The notes below the pieces were generated by a model. That model was not told the DNA's origin, searched no databases, and was given only the letters and a program-made list of their open reading frames with translations. The position numbers and the translations under genes were made by a program. This document shows positions 40,401-55,400 of a stretch of DNA of 64,000 nt, one piece after another. The DNA is from Antedon mediterranea (Eukaryota; Animalia; Echinodermata): positions 24,225,432 to 24,289,431 of the forward strand of contig NC_092679.1 of NCBI RefSeq assembly GCF_964355755.1, read 5' to 3'. How positions within the stretch are numbered: position 1 is the first letter of the stretch; each line of letters opens with the position of its first letter.

Positions 40401-43400
40401 AAGTAATATAAAATGATAGAATTCATTAGAAATTGTGTAAAAAGGCTTGGTAAATAGATCGTGGAAGGCAGTGAACTTGATAGAAATGTGTTGTAATACA
40501 ATGTATATGCAAGGTGCCGGGAGTTTATTTGAGGAATAAATAGATGTCCCTGGGTATTATTTGAGTGTGGGAGTGGGAGGGTGAGTTTATTCAAAATGAT
40601 GTTCTGTTGGGGGCGTTTATTCAAGCGGGTGTGTGTGTGTGTGGTGGGGTTATTCTAATAAATATGGTATATCTTAGTTGACTTTCATACAGTCGATTTC
40701 AGCTAAACCAATATCAGTATTGTCAAATTGGCAATCGCTCAATAATAACAAACTTAAAAAATAAGAACCAACGGGTAATGATTTGCGGTTTACAGACTGT
40801 GACTGTATTGCCATGAATATCAAACGAATGGATTATCCTGTTACAATCTAACTTTCCTGTCCCGACGTACAATTAGGCATACAGGCCATCATTGTTGATT
40901 TGTCACTCTTCCAATATCTTTAACAAACATTAAAGCTAAAAAGTGAAGCTACCAGTTCTTTTATCGAAAGACAGATCATTCAATTTATTGTAATTATGTT
41001 ATAAAAGTTTATGCGATTTTCCAAAGCTTTACTTTGACAGTCTGTTTTTTTCATGGAAATCAATTTTTTCACTTCTTCCGATAATCGAAATTCAATACGT
41101 GAAAAATCCACCATACTTTTAAACAGAAATGTAGATTGAGAATAATATGCGTATTGCAAACCAATAGAACAGGAATTGAATCACACTACAATAACATTAT
41201 TCAATCACTTTTTTTGTTTAGTTTAGTTTGGTATGTTTTTTTTTAGGTTTTTGAGGGGTTGCAGAATATAACGAGAATATAACCTAAAATGCAAACTGGT
41301 AAACGTAGATTTAGTGTGCGTTCTCTTTTTAGAATTATCTTTTTATGTAATGAGAAGTAGAATCTTTATTAAACAACGAAAGTACACAGTAGCCGAACAC
41401 TTTTATGACGGTATCATGTGATTATAAGTGTTAACAGTCTGGTGGCTAATTAACCCGTTTTATTTTAATCGCCATAATATTAAAATAAATGACAATTCAA
41501 AAATGGATATGTACTTTCTTAACGTTGACTCAAAAGTAAGATTAACTGGTTCTAAACTTGGATGTGGAGAAGGAGGATGCGGGGCATGTACAGTCATGGT
41601 ATCAAGTTACAATCCAATAACCAAACAGATAAGGTAAAATAAAATGATTATAATTGCGCTTCCAATCTGAAAATCGGCAATATTTAAAAAAGGAGTTATT
41701 AAACGTATCACAATGAAAAGTGTATCTAAATGTTTAGTAGGCAGTAGAGAGAGTCAGTTTGTGATCACAATTGTTTAAACATAGTATTTTGATTTTTCTG
41801 TTTACAGACATATGTCAGTGAACGCTTGTCTGGCTCCAATATGTTCTGTTCACATGATGGCTGTGACAACAGTAGAAGGTATTGGGAACACTAAAGATGG
41901 TTTACATCCAGTACAGGTAGGAACATAATAGAATGACAATGCAATAGAAGGTATTGGGAACACTAAAGATGGTTTACATCCAGTACAGGTAGGAACATAA
42001 TAGAATGGCAATGCAGTAGAAGGTATTGGGATCACTAAAGATGGTTTACATCCAGTACAGGTAGGAACATAATAGAATGGCAATGCAGTAGAAGGTATTG
42101 GGATCACTAAAGATGGTTTACATCCAGTACAGGTAGGAACATAATAGAATGGCAATGCAATAGAAGGTATTGGGATCACTAAAGATGGTTTACATCCAGT
42201 ACAGGTAGGAACATAATAGAATGGCAATGCAGTAGAAGGTATTGGGATCACTAAAGATGGTTTACATCCAGTACAGGTAGGAACATAATAGAATGACAAT
42301 GCAATAGAAGGTATTGGGAACACTAAAGATGGTTTACATCCAGTACAGGTAGGAACATAATAGAATGGCAATGCAATAGAAGGTATTGGGAACAGGTAGG
42401 ACCATAATATAACGACAATGCAGTAGAAAGGTTCACTTGTTTCCATCGTTTACCCTCTTTAAGTGTACACATGTTTGGTTCTCGAAAACTGCAATAATAA
42501 TAATACCTCGAGCTTGAGTCTATAACAATCTGTATCCATCATTACAAAATAACACATTAAACATAAAACCACACTCTAAACCCAATGAATTGCTATTATA
42601 GCAGTGTAATGTAATAATGTACCATATTGGTATCATCTTATGTCCAGTAATCCAATGGGCTAGTCATAAAATATACTGTATTTATGTTTGATATACTATA
42701 CCAAACCAATACAATACCTTATTTTACTTCAATAATGCATTAATTTAATTTTCAAAATCATTGGTAACAGATATTAACCTAATAAATTGCATACGTGATG
42801 TGGACGAGAAATTATTTAATTTCATGTTAGTTCTCGTATAGATAATTATTCAAAATATGGTTATAATAATCATAACCATATGACATATCTTTGAGTAGTA
42901 TTTTTTTTACTAGTATTAATAAGAATAATAAAGAATAAAATATAATAATAAAACATAATCAATCTTGGATATAACGGTAGACACAATTTTTGTGTTTGTA
43001 ATCACCAAGACACAAACTCATCAATTTAATTTATTTACAAATGATTTTTAGATCTATCCTATTATATTTTACAATAGTAGTAGTATTATAACTAATGCAT
43101 TTTATATCAAAGTATTGTGTTTATTGTTTTTGCTATTCTAATTTCTATTTTTTTTAGCAGTCATTGATTATTGCATGTTAAACGTTTTAATGGCATAAAC
43201 GTTTAATATGTAATTTACGGTACTTTTACCATACACCCATTCTGTTCCTATTATTACAGTCAGCTTTGGCTGAATGAATTCTATTTTTCGGTTGATTCTT
43301 TCTTTCTTTCTTTCTTTACCAAGCCAGCTTCGGCTGACTGGGTTTTGTTTTCTAGTCGTTTATATCTTTCTGAATACTGTACTTGCCTCACGGATAACAT

Positions 43401-46400
43401 AGTACTGTTGTCTTATATACTGCATCAAATAAGGAACAGTTTGGTAATGTTAATAACTTCCTAAGTTGATTTTAAACCAGATATCTCCGGGCCGAGATAC
43501 CTATTTTGTGAAAAGGTTGTGGAGTAAAAGACTACATTATATTTAACGATTGGGCTGATTTCAATCACACTTAGCTCTCAATAATTAAATTCATGAACTG
43601 GTTAAAGCTTAGGTTCAAATGTCACAGAATTCATCTGACTAGGTTCATGTTCTATCGAACATAATATTCGTATAAAACAATAATAATGTTAGTTTATTAT
43701 TATGTTCTCACCTACTTGCCGGAGTAGGTGCGCATATGTTTTTTTTTCAATTGCAGCTCACGTAGGCATATTTTACGCTTATGCCTATATTTTTATTTAA
43801 CATAATCACTGAACATAATTGAAAGTGGCATACTATTTTTTTTTAATTGTAAAGGAACGTATTGCAAAAGCTCATGGATCTCAATGCGGTTTCTGTACCC
43901 CGGGTATTGTGATGTCAATGTACACTCTCCTGAGAAACAACCATCAACCAACAATGACAGACATTGAGGATACCTTCCAGGGAAATCTGTGCAGATGTAC
44001 TGGATATCGACCTATCTTGGAAGGTTATAGGACCTTTACAAAGGTATATTTATAAGATTATTGGTAATATACCATTAAAAGTTAAGAAAGTAAAACATTC
44101 AGATGACATTTCGAACGATATCTTGGACTAGACAACACAACTATAATTAGAGAAAATGATTACTATGTATGTATAGAGTAATTTATTACTTTTATTCTTT
44201 TAGTCTGATGCATAGTATGTTCTATTCTATGAATATTCATCTGAAATGAATAAATGAATGAATGAAATAGTATAATCAGTATGCAATTGAAAAAAATAAT
44301 AATTACAACTAAAATGTTTCCACTGACACTTTTGCCAATACGTTTAAGTTCAATATATTGTATTAAAGGGTACCCCGGCTGCGGGTTGCAGTATGAATGG
44401 CACCGCCGGTGGATGTTGTCAGAATGGCTCAAGCCAGCCTCGCAGTATGAATGGCACCACCAGTGGATGTTGTCAGAATGGTTCAAGTCAGCCCCGCGGT
44501 AAAGACGATGATCATAAAATGAAAGGAGTAAGTATTAAATATTAATAATGGTAAATATACTAGTCCAACCAGGGCCGTAGCCAGGATCTGTCAAGGGGGG
44601 GGGGGGGGTTCGCACACTAAGTATTTGGGTCACCCCCACCCCCATACCTACCCCCCCCCCCCCCCCCCGGGGTGGGGCCTGAGGCGAAGCAAATTTTGTT
44701 AAATGACACCCCTAGATGGCCGGAAAAGACACTCTCATGCAGCATGCTACCAATGAGCAAAACGATCGTACTTGGACTCGTGGACTATTTAAACGATAAC
44801 ATTTGTTGCCGTATGTTAGATGCGCGTGCTCTGTGCGGAACCGCCGATTGTTTGATCATTTACTCGATATTTTGTTTTGCGTTCAAGTTCAATACGAACG
44901 TACGTCTAGGAGAAGCCCCGAAAAAAGCACACTGGGTGAAGGCAAATGCAATTCTTATTATAGCTCTATCTATAATATTTATTTACAGCAATTTGTTGAG
45001 GAAATTAAATATGCCATTGTAAATAGGTGATATTGATACATTGAGTACGTATCGGCTGGTGGTCTAGAAAAAAATAATCGGATGCCATAATGTGAACTAC
45101 AGTACATGATACCATAGATATTATAGTGTAAAATATTAATATTCACTATAATCATCTATGATACATTATACTTCATAGCCACACATAAATACTGATGTAT
45201 GTCGGAAAGCTATATACTTTATGCATGCTGCCTGACTGCCAGTGATCTAAACAATTGGTGCGCAGTTGTCTGGCGGTGTCCTTTGTACGAATCGTTCGTC
45301 CCCCAGCTCGCTGTGAGGCGCGTCAATATCATGTTACATGCAGGGACCAAACATTTATTTTTCAGGTTAAAATCCGCAATTCATTTGCAACTCTTTACAG
45401 ACTATATCGCTCGAAGTACGCTCATACAGGGAAGAAGGTACTGTATGAGTTATTCCGAACGAGTTTACGAATTTTTTAATTTACGAACAACTTTTTGTAC
45501 TGTGGGGCACGTATTTGGACGATTTTCATAGATGAGGGTGAGGTATTGGGCATGTCGGGGATGGGGGTTCGCAGTCGGTTAAGGGGGGTTCGCTGTAAAG
45601 GGGGGGGGGGGTTCGCCCGAACCATAAAAACCCCCCCTGGCTACGGGCCTGCAACACAAGTGATAAAACGAAATTAGATAGAAAGAGTTAGGAAACATGC
45701 AAGAAAAACTTCTGGTCTTTAACTCGATAAATGTTACTTATTTATTACAGATATCGTCAACACTATTCAAACCTGGAACTTTTAAGCCGTACGACCCAAC
45801 AATGGAAATTATATTTCCTCCAGAACTTATATTGGTAAATACATGTGTAGTTAATACCCTAATCACGTGTACAGTTATGCCAAAACACATTGTATACGAT
45901 GCTTAAGATAACATAAATAAATGAAATAAACATAAAGTTACCGTTTATACTGTCAATTCTGTCTTTTCCGACAGAGATGGCGCAGTACTAATTTATTTAA
46001 CGTGGTAGTCGAATACATATATAATAGAATAGGATATCCCATTGTAAAGAAATGGTTATGTTCCATATTTTCCCATTCAACTGATAAACATTACTTTAAT
46101 TATATCTAACAGACTTTAGAAAAGGTTGAACCAACATTTTTGAAATTTACAAATGAGAGGCAGATTTGGTTAAGACCAGTGAGCCTCAAACAGTTACTAA
46201 AAAGCAAGTCACAATATCCTGATTCGAAGTTGATTGTTGGAAATACAGAAGTTGGTAAGTGCCTATTTACATACTGTATTAAATTAGAATAAAGACTCAT
46301 TTAAACTTTCTGAAATTGTATTTAAAATACAGAATTTGTCGAGGTTTGAAGACAAAAACTACCAATTAACATAATATTATGCTTATATCATACGCTAAAT

Positions 46401-49400
46401 AAACATAAATGAAATACATTGTCGGAAAACATCAAAGAACAGAATCTTGATTTTGGTTTTTAAACACATCAAATATACCTGATATTGTTGGCATACCTTC
46501 GACTAGCCTGTATATTTCTAATTTTCTATAAAATATGGTATTCCTAACAATATTTAAATAGTAAAACGAATTTAGGGCCTTTTGTAGGGTTTTTTTGTTT
46601 CAAAGAGTCCAGAATTGGCAGAGCTAACTGAATACTTTTATAGCCTTACAGTTGGCATAATGAAAATCTCCAGGCACTGTTAAAAGGGAATGATATACTT
46701 CCAGTAAGATAAGTTGATAAAAGAAACCGTAATAAAACCTTTCCGGAGGTTAGAAGTTCTTTGATTACTGTATTCAAAATTATTCACCATTGAAAAATAG
46801 ATGCTAATAAATTGTAATTTCTATTGTCTGCTAAAAAAGTTCACTGTATTCATTATCTTCAATAAAAAAAGGCTCATTGAGTTAATATTATTTTGTCGAT
46901 AAGCTTATATCTTGTCATTAAGTCTAACTACTACAGTAACTATTTATAACTATTGAGATAAATGGATTAGTGTATTACATTTAACCACAGTTAAACTATC
47001 TTAAATCTATAAGCTGCTCTAAACTTGCATCCTACGGTTTATAACGCTAACAGAACAATTTCTAAACCATATTTAATGTACGTAAAACACATATTTGTTA
47101 TTAATATTGCGCATTTGTAAAGGGCTATATTCTTGGTGAACTTCATAAACTTATTTCAGTTGAATAATTATACAAGTAGTTTTTATTTGTTTTTCTCTTC
47201 TAAATTATTAAACCCCTCATCAAAGCAACCGAATGGGTGTATAATATTGTTTTCTGTTTACAGGTATTGAAATGAAGTTCAAACGAATGGAGTATCCTGT
47301 TATAATCACGTGTTCAGATGTCCCTGAACTCAACACATTACTGGTAGACAGCAAAGGCATCAGTGTTGGTTCATCTGTCACCCTTTCAACATTAGCACAT
47401 TTTCTAAAACAACAACTGAAGAAGTTACCAGGTCTCCTTATCTTTTATTTTGAAACATTTTAGATCGTTAAATTTAATGAATTAATAATAATTGTATTTA
47501 TAATACAAATGATAAAACAACATTATTGTATTCTTTTCATAAAAATCGACCCACTATAAAATATTACAATGGTATTAATTATGATATTTATGACGAAACA
47601 ACGACAATGAATAAAGAATAAGATTATGATGATGATATTAATGATAATAGCATATTTGTTTATTAGTATTTTATTATCGTGATCTAAACTTTTAATTTTA
47701 ATTAACATTAATTAAAATAATATAATTATTTATTTTTAAATCCGAAGTAATACTTCCTAATAGGCTAGCAGAATAGTTATAGTGCTAAGAGGTAATCTTG
47801 GTAATCCTATTCTTGAGAAAAGTTCAAAGTTTAAACTTTTGTAATTATGGGGCACTTTTAAAAATCCGGTAACTAAAACAATTAAAATTCAACAATACGC
47901 TATACAGAAAACAACAGATACTTCCGTTTAGTTAAGGATGTGGTTTATGCTTGTGGGTACATTGAATGTTAAGAGTAGACTAGTTCCGATCGTTCGGAAT
48001 GGTAATTAAAAGGAGATAACGGTATAGTAAATCTATCTATTAAAATGGAAATGTGTGTGGGATAATCTATATATTAAATGCGTACTACTGGGGAAAAAAG
48101 GAAGTAATATTCTTTTGGCAATAAGTGTACAATGCATAAGAAGCCACAATAAACTTAATGTATTAGGCATACCTACACATTACCTGCTACTTCTAAAGTC
48201 ATGCTTTTTCATTTCAATTATAATCAAACTTAAGTATTTTATTTTCAAAGTCATTATGAAATCTAAATTTCAGAGTACAAATGCAGAACATTTGCAGCTA
48301 TTATCGAAATGCTACATTGGTTTGCTGGCAACCAAATACGAAACGTTGCGGTGAGTAAATCCGCCGCCTACAGATTATTACCTAACAAACTCACGTGACT
48401 ATATGTAATCCTGTAAAACTAGTAGGCCAATTATAGAGTATCCCACTAAATGAATTTTGACAAACATTCCTTTATTTTTTTATTTCGTATAATAGCAAGG
48501 GTGTAAAGGGCATTTTCCAAACCATCTTAATATATTTTATCTTATCATCCAGTCTGCTGACGGGAAATTGTGTAGTCATTTACTCTTTCATTATTCTAGA
48601 TAAAACTAAATGGGTATAAGCTTCATTTCAGTTTACTGTTACTCATTCAATACAAAGTTGAAGTGATAACATTGACAAGTTTTTATCTTTATTAACATTA
48701 ACATTGTTTCCCTTTTAGGCGATAGGTGGCAACATAATAACTGGAAGTCCTATTTCTGACCTTAACCCGATTCTTATGGCTGCAAAATCTACATTAACAG
48801 TCATTTCAACGGAAGGTAAACTATATTTTTGCCCGTATATTTTAACGCGCCAGGCATCTAATATAAAGATATCAAATATTCATGCATGACCTCGAATCGA
48901 ATTAAATATACGCGCTCAGATACTATGTGTACCCGTCTATATGTAGTTAATTAAAACATATATTTTAATTAAGGTTTTAACTAACAGTTTATTGCAAAAT
49001 GTCAATAACACATATAGCTTCAGTGCAGCATCGTGTGGTACAGACAATTTTCCAAGGACTAAAAGTGATGAAGTTTGAACATTTAGGCTATACGTCTACA
49101 GTAGTTTGTTTTGTTTAGTTTATAGTTCGAATGCTTGTTGTTAATGCTAACGCATAGAAAATATTATGCAGGTAATAAAAGGGCGCTTTGACAACTAAAA
49201 TGAAACTACCAACTACTTTATTTCTACTTTGACCGATTATTAATGTATGTTAGCTCTCCCACTGACTTATAATACACGTTTAGAAGCCATCAGTGAAGGA
49301 ATAATTTTGAAACGGATTTTTAATTTTGTTTATAGGAAATTCTCGAAAACTTCGCATGGATGAAAACTTTTTCACTGGTTATCGAAAGAATGCTATGCTA

Positions 49401-52400
49401 CCAAACGAGGTTCTAGTATCGATACATGTACCATTCACTGAAGAGGTATGTAATGGAGGATTCATTACCTCTGTTTCTAGATTTTTAATTTTGCATCAAA
49501 ATCTTTAACGAATCATAGGCAATGGATAATTCGAACAGTCGCTTGTCGTTGGTCAACTCGCCTGCGTTGCGTCTGCAGTAAGAGAACCAAGCTTTAGCTT
49601 GACCAATAACGACGCGATCTACGCTTGGAGAAATTGGAGAAGTGCGCGTTTCATAATAAGACCCATAATATATATTTTTTTACTATTTCAGACTGAATAC
49701 TTTATGGCATACAAGCAGGCCCATCGACGTGACGATGATATTGCGATTGTAAATGCCGCATTCAGGGTGAAGATGGCATCCAGTGTGGTTGAAGACTGCT
49801 CAATGGCATTCGGAGGAATGGCACCGACAACCAAACTTGCTCTTCAGGCGATGAAATACATAAAGAAAAGGTATATCTAACACTCTTAGTACTCAAACCG
49901 TAATGTTCAATTTATTGTATTAATCATTCATTCATTTATATTGATGTATATTTATTCATTCATATTATTTATATTAAACAATAAATCGTGAAATCAGTGG
50001 GATGTGTAATCATCTCTAGACAAATTGAATAGTTAACATCTGATTTCGATGAAACCATTTCTAAATAAAATTTTACAATATTATTTACATTAGGGAAGAG
50101 TAAAGTTACATTCGCAATCAATGTAAATATTACTTAATTGCTTGGTATTATATAATTGCTATTTTAGAAACTGGGATAATCTCCTGTTAGAAGACGTCAG
50201 TTCTCAGCTTGCTGACGAGATGTACCTTCCACCAGGCGTACCTGGAGGAATGGCGGAATACCGACAGTCTCTTGTTTTAAGTTTTTTCTTCAAGTTTCAT
50301 CAGTATGTTTCTCAACTTATAATTCCTACCAACAATGTAAGTACAATTATAATAACAAGTCGATTTAAGAATAAAAATATGAACTTTATGATGGTTTTAA
50401 GTATAACCTTTCGCCTATTAACATGTGCTCTTATCTAACCATACTAATGATACATTTCAATTTCAGCATATTATTCCGCCAGTCTTGTCTGAGTCTTCTG
50501 CCACATCATCAATTAGCAGACCTGAAGCCAAGAGTACGCAGATGTTTCAGGTACTAAACCTATTTTGTTATTTATGTATATAGGCACATGTGGCCAAAGA
50601 TTGCCAATAGTAAATATATCACTGTCCTATCATTTAGTAATCACTATGAAGAGGGACTATTTTGTGAACCATTTCGCCACGGTAAACCCCTATTGAACTG
50701 GGTTCTTGAAAGTGCACACGGACCTATGGTATGTAGTTCTTATCCGAGAAGACTCGGAACCAGGAGAGTCGGCCTCACACCCATGCCGATATTGCTGGCG
50801 CTCGGCTCGGCCATTTGAATATAATAGTGACAATAGACGACTAAGAAGTTGAATGGTGGAATAGTTTAATAGTTTAATTGAGCAATAACACTAATACTAT
50901 AGACATGGCATTCATAGACGTGCAAACTGAATACACTAGAAATGATGCGATACCCGCAAAATAGAATAGTTTTGACATAATTTAATTTTTGTTTAGGAGA
51001 CACATGATGATCAATCCACCTGTGAGAACGTTGGTCACCCAATTGTTCATAAGTCAGCGTATAAACAAGTCACTGGAGAGGCTATTTACATTGACGATAT
51101 GCTTCCATTTAAAAGTAAGAAACTTTGTAGACTGTTTGTTGCAACATTCTTACACAATAACAACTTTCAGGAAATTAGCCTTTTATTATCTCATTATTAT
51201 TTAGTTTGGTAAGTAACGTTCTGTTTAAGGTTTTTATAGAATCATAATTTTATAATTTCAAAGGAAATTTATATAAGAAGTTTTCAATACGTTTCTGATA
51301 ATATGGTATAATAGAAATGGCATGGCCGCATACCACGTTAGCTACAGACCATGAAACATTGGATATCGAATGCTTTTCTTAAGTTTAAATGGAATTCTTA
51401 TTATGCAGTCATCAGACTAGAACGTAATCTTATTGTGTTTTATTTTTAAACTATTTTAATCCGACAATTGAACACATAATTTTATGAGCTTGATGGCTAG
51501 AGAATAAATTATCATGAGTTGAAATATTGACTGTGTGGTGATCGTAATCAACTCTATTGTGTGAGCAATGCTTCAAATACTTTCCCTGTATGTCGCATCC
51601 CCAAAACTATTTAACAGAATGTTCCACGTTCAAATCGAAATGTTCCGCTTTTCAACAACTAGAGGTCGAAATGACCGGACAATCCCGGGATATATGTATA
51701 ATATATGAAGTTCTCTCAAGATTGAGGAAAACGGTCGAACTATTTATTTAATACATAAATTACATCCTTATTTCAGATGAGCTACATATGGCGTTAGTTT
51801 ATAGTACAAAAGCACATGCGAAAATAATGTAAGTATTTTATATTAATAGACAAATTAAATAAGGATCATGAATAATAAAATAATTTTGCAAATAAAATTA
51901 TAAACTATATAAATAAGCTGAAATTGTTACTCGACGATTTCATTAGATCCGTCGATCCCAGTGAAGCATTGTTGATGGACGGTGTTTGTACATATGTTGA
52001 CCACAGAGATGTTCCAGGAAGTAACACTACCGGACCAGTATTACAAGATGAAGAAGTTTTTGTAACTGAATTGGTAAGAGAATAGGCCTAACTTAAGATG
52101 CTGCTGTAGTTTTTAACGATGATTCTTTCCTAAAGTAGTTAGCAAATTCAAATAATTCAGCTATAATAAAATGTATAACCCAATCCCATCATGACAGACG
52201 ATGATCTCAAATCCAAAGATTACTATTTATGTTTTACTCATTATTTATCAATTAAGTACAGTATTTGACTAATGATTTCTGTTAATGATGGGTTCCATTT
52301 GGTTATTTCACATTCAACAACATAAGCAAGGCTCCAAAGATGCTTATTTATTAAATTCCTAGCCTCAGTGTTATAATTAATTAAGTTTTAATTATATTAT

Positions 52401-55400
52401 ATAAACATCTAAATAGATTCATTTGATTGGATGATTGTGGACGGTGGCCTGAATAAAAGAAATTTGGACAGGAATACAAAATCAAAATCATCTTGTTTTA
52501 AATAAGTAACGCCCTCTATAATATATCACTAAACTGAAACAGTTGATACCATTATGCTATGAAATTATTTGTAGGTAACTTGCGTCGGACAAATTATTGG
52601 AGCAATCGTTGCAGATACACAGTATATAGCACAGAGGGCAGCAAACAAAGTACATATTGAATATAAAGAATTGGTACCTATTATTACTATTGAAGTGAGT
52701 AAGATTGGGGAACAACAAAATTTTGCTTTGTAATTAAATGTATTATATTAAGCTCTGTCTACACTACTCAACTAGTTTGAAAAACAAACAAACAATTGTA
52801 ATGGTGTGTACAAATATGGTAGTGATATGCCGTCATCGTGTCCATATATGGGCACATTATAGTTTGGTGTGTACAAATATGGTAGTGATATGCCGTCATC
52901 GTGTCCAATATGGGCACATTATAGTTTTTGTAGCATAAAGTTTTACTCAATTATTTACGTAGCAATAATAAACTCAATTTAAAATATAATAGTTTATGTT
53001 TTGCAAGTAATGACATATTTTTTTCGTGAAGGATTCTATCGATAAACAAAGTTTCTTGGCAAAACCGAAGAGCATTACAAATGGAAGCATAAAAAAAGGA
53101 TTTGACCAATCCGACCATGTTATTGAGGGAGAAATGAGAATGGGAGAACAGGAACATTTTTATTTGGAAACAAATGCGTGTGTAGTCGTTCCGGGTGAAG
53201 ACCAAGGAATAGAAATATTCTCCTCCACTCAAAATCCAACATTGACTCAGGTATGACGTCATTAGAACACGTTTATTTCGATAGTCGAATATTAATATTA
53301 TAACTTACTGTTTAAATGTGTTGTTGTTTGTTTCTACAGTGGTTGGCAGCAAATGTGTTAGGATTACAAAACCATGTAGTTTCCTGTCGTGTGAAAAGGA
53401 TAGGAGGCGGATTTGGAGGGAAAGAAACAAGATCTTTGATATTATCGTCTGCCGTTGCAGTTGCAGCTAATAAGTATGCATAACCTATTTCATACTATTT
53501 TTCAGAAAAACGGAAGACAAATCGACGATTAGATTAGTTATTAATACAAATATCACTCATAATAATGTTTTATTACACCAAACATTTAGAGTTGGACAAC
53601 CAGTCAGATGTGTTCTCGATCGGGATGAAGACATGGCGAGTATGGGAACTAGACACGCTTTTCTAGGTCGTTATAAGGTCGGATTTACGAACGACGGTAA
53701 AATACAAGCATTGGATATTGACATGTACAGCAATTGCGGAAACTCAATGGATCTTTCATTCTCGGTTTGTTTAGTTTAAATTCTTTATATTTCCAATCAT
53801 GTTTAACTGCAATATTATATTTAACGGGACGGTTAGATCAGAAATAGGTGCATAATAATTATGAGAACAATTCAGAAGAGAAATAGTGTTTTAGTCAATT
53901 GTTTCAATAAATTATTTTGCATCTTTTCTGTTTGTTTGTTATTGTTCAAATTCAGCTATAGACATTATTGTTAAATGCGAAAATATTATATATTCTATAG
54001 GTTATGGAACGTGCATTATTTCATATGGATAATACTTATAACATTCCCAACATCAAAGGGACTGGGTATTTATGCAAAACAAATATTCCATCGAATACAG
54101 CTTTTAGAGGATTTGGAGGTCCTCAGGGTATGATGATAGCCGAGAATTGGATAAGTGATATTGCAAGACTCTGTGGCATATCTCAAAGAAAGGTAACGTT
54201 TAATATATTGCCTCCTTCACAAAACTCGCAATTTGGAAATAGGTCTATGGACAAGTTATAATGTTACCTTATTGTCAATACCTAACCAGTATAAAATAAA
54301 GATAATGTTCCACCACATTTAGGGTTGAGTAAACTGTGTGAAACAGATAAACAGCTAATTCTGAAGATCTATTAACGTATACATCTCTTTCAGGTTCGCG
54401 AGATAAACATGTATAATGAAGAAGATATAACATTCTTCAACCAGAAACTTGTTGATTTTAACTTGAAACGGTGTTGGAACGAGTGCTTGGAAAACAGTGA
54501 TTATGAAAAGAGACAGAAAGATATAGAGCATTACAACAAGTGAGGTTTACCATTTTAGCAACATTATAGCATATACCATAACTCTTCGGCATTATTTTCG
54601 AGATGGGCATAATTTCCAGTTGGGCATCTTTTCGAGATTACTTTTGCAAACCAAAAAAAAAGGAATGGGGACCCTTTTTCAAGAAATTATTTCACAAGTA
54701 TTTATCTCATGGAATTATACGTAACTAATTATAACACACTTTAAGAAAATTGCGAACAGAAGTTTGCTATTTTATTGGGTAGAATCATAATAAACTACTT
54801 CAATTTGCGATTATAAATGACATTTTCTCCATTTGAAATTAAGTTTCGTGTACAAAGTCGTACATGTAAATCTGTGTTTAGAAAAGGGTTGAAATGATAA
54901 TCCAAGATATTCATGGAGCCTATTTTCACTCTTCAGTGCTCTGCTAATTACATGATTGGTTTAAGACAAAACAAGGTGATTTGCATCTATTTGATAGGGT
55001 GTAAATTTCTGACCAAAAATTAGTTATCTAACCCTATAATTAAAAAAATAGAAATTCCCTAAAATGTTTATTGTTAATTTATATAGGAATAACCGATGGA
55101 AGAAGAGGGGGATATTTGCTATTCCAACTAAATTCGGCATTGCATTCACAGCTACGTTCATGAATCAGGTACAGTACATTTAAAACTCATGTTTTCATAG
55201 AATAAACTAGTACATTAGTAACATACAATAAATATTTAGGCCTAACAAATATGCTTTAATCAATGCACTTCATTATTAATTCATTTGATGTAAGTAATCA
55301 AAATCATTTTTGTCTCATGTGCAGTTATCCTTTACAAATTATTTGGTATCATCATTAAATCACATTTGATGAAACATAATTTAACAATTAGGCCTATATT

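Noticed and set aside
41850-42446. 198-aa Cys-repeat ORF (PTCTGCKPS) resembling a metal-binding repeat protein
   Set aside because: It is the antisense reading of the 72-bp repeat derived from XDH exon 4, open only because 72 is divisible by 3.
44672-45677. Several 60-116-aa ORFs as a possible transposase
   Set aside because: They lie inside the MITE, overlap in different frames and show no DDE, BED or hAT dimerisation motifs.
47432-48273. Possible second U12 intron in XDH (donor GTCTCCTT, one mismatch from GTATCCTT)
   Set aside because: The mismatch is at the highly conserved +3 A and no CCTTAAC-like branch site precedes the acceptor, so it is treated as a weak U2 donor.
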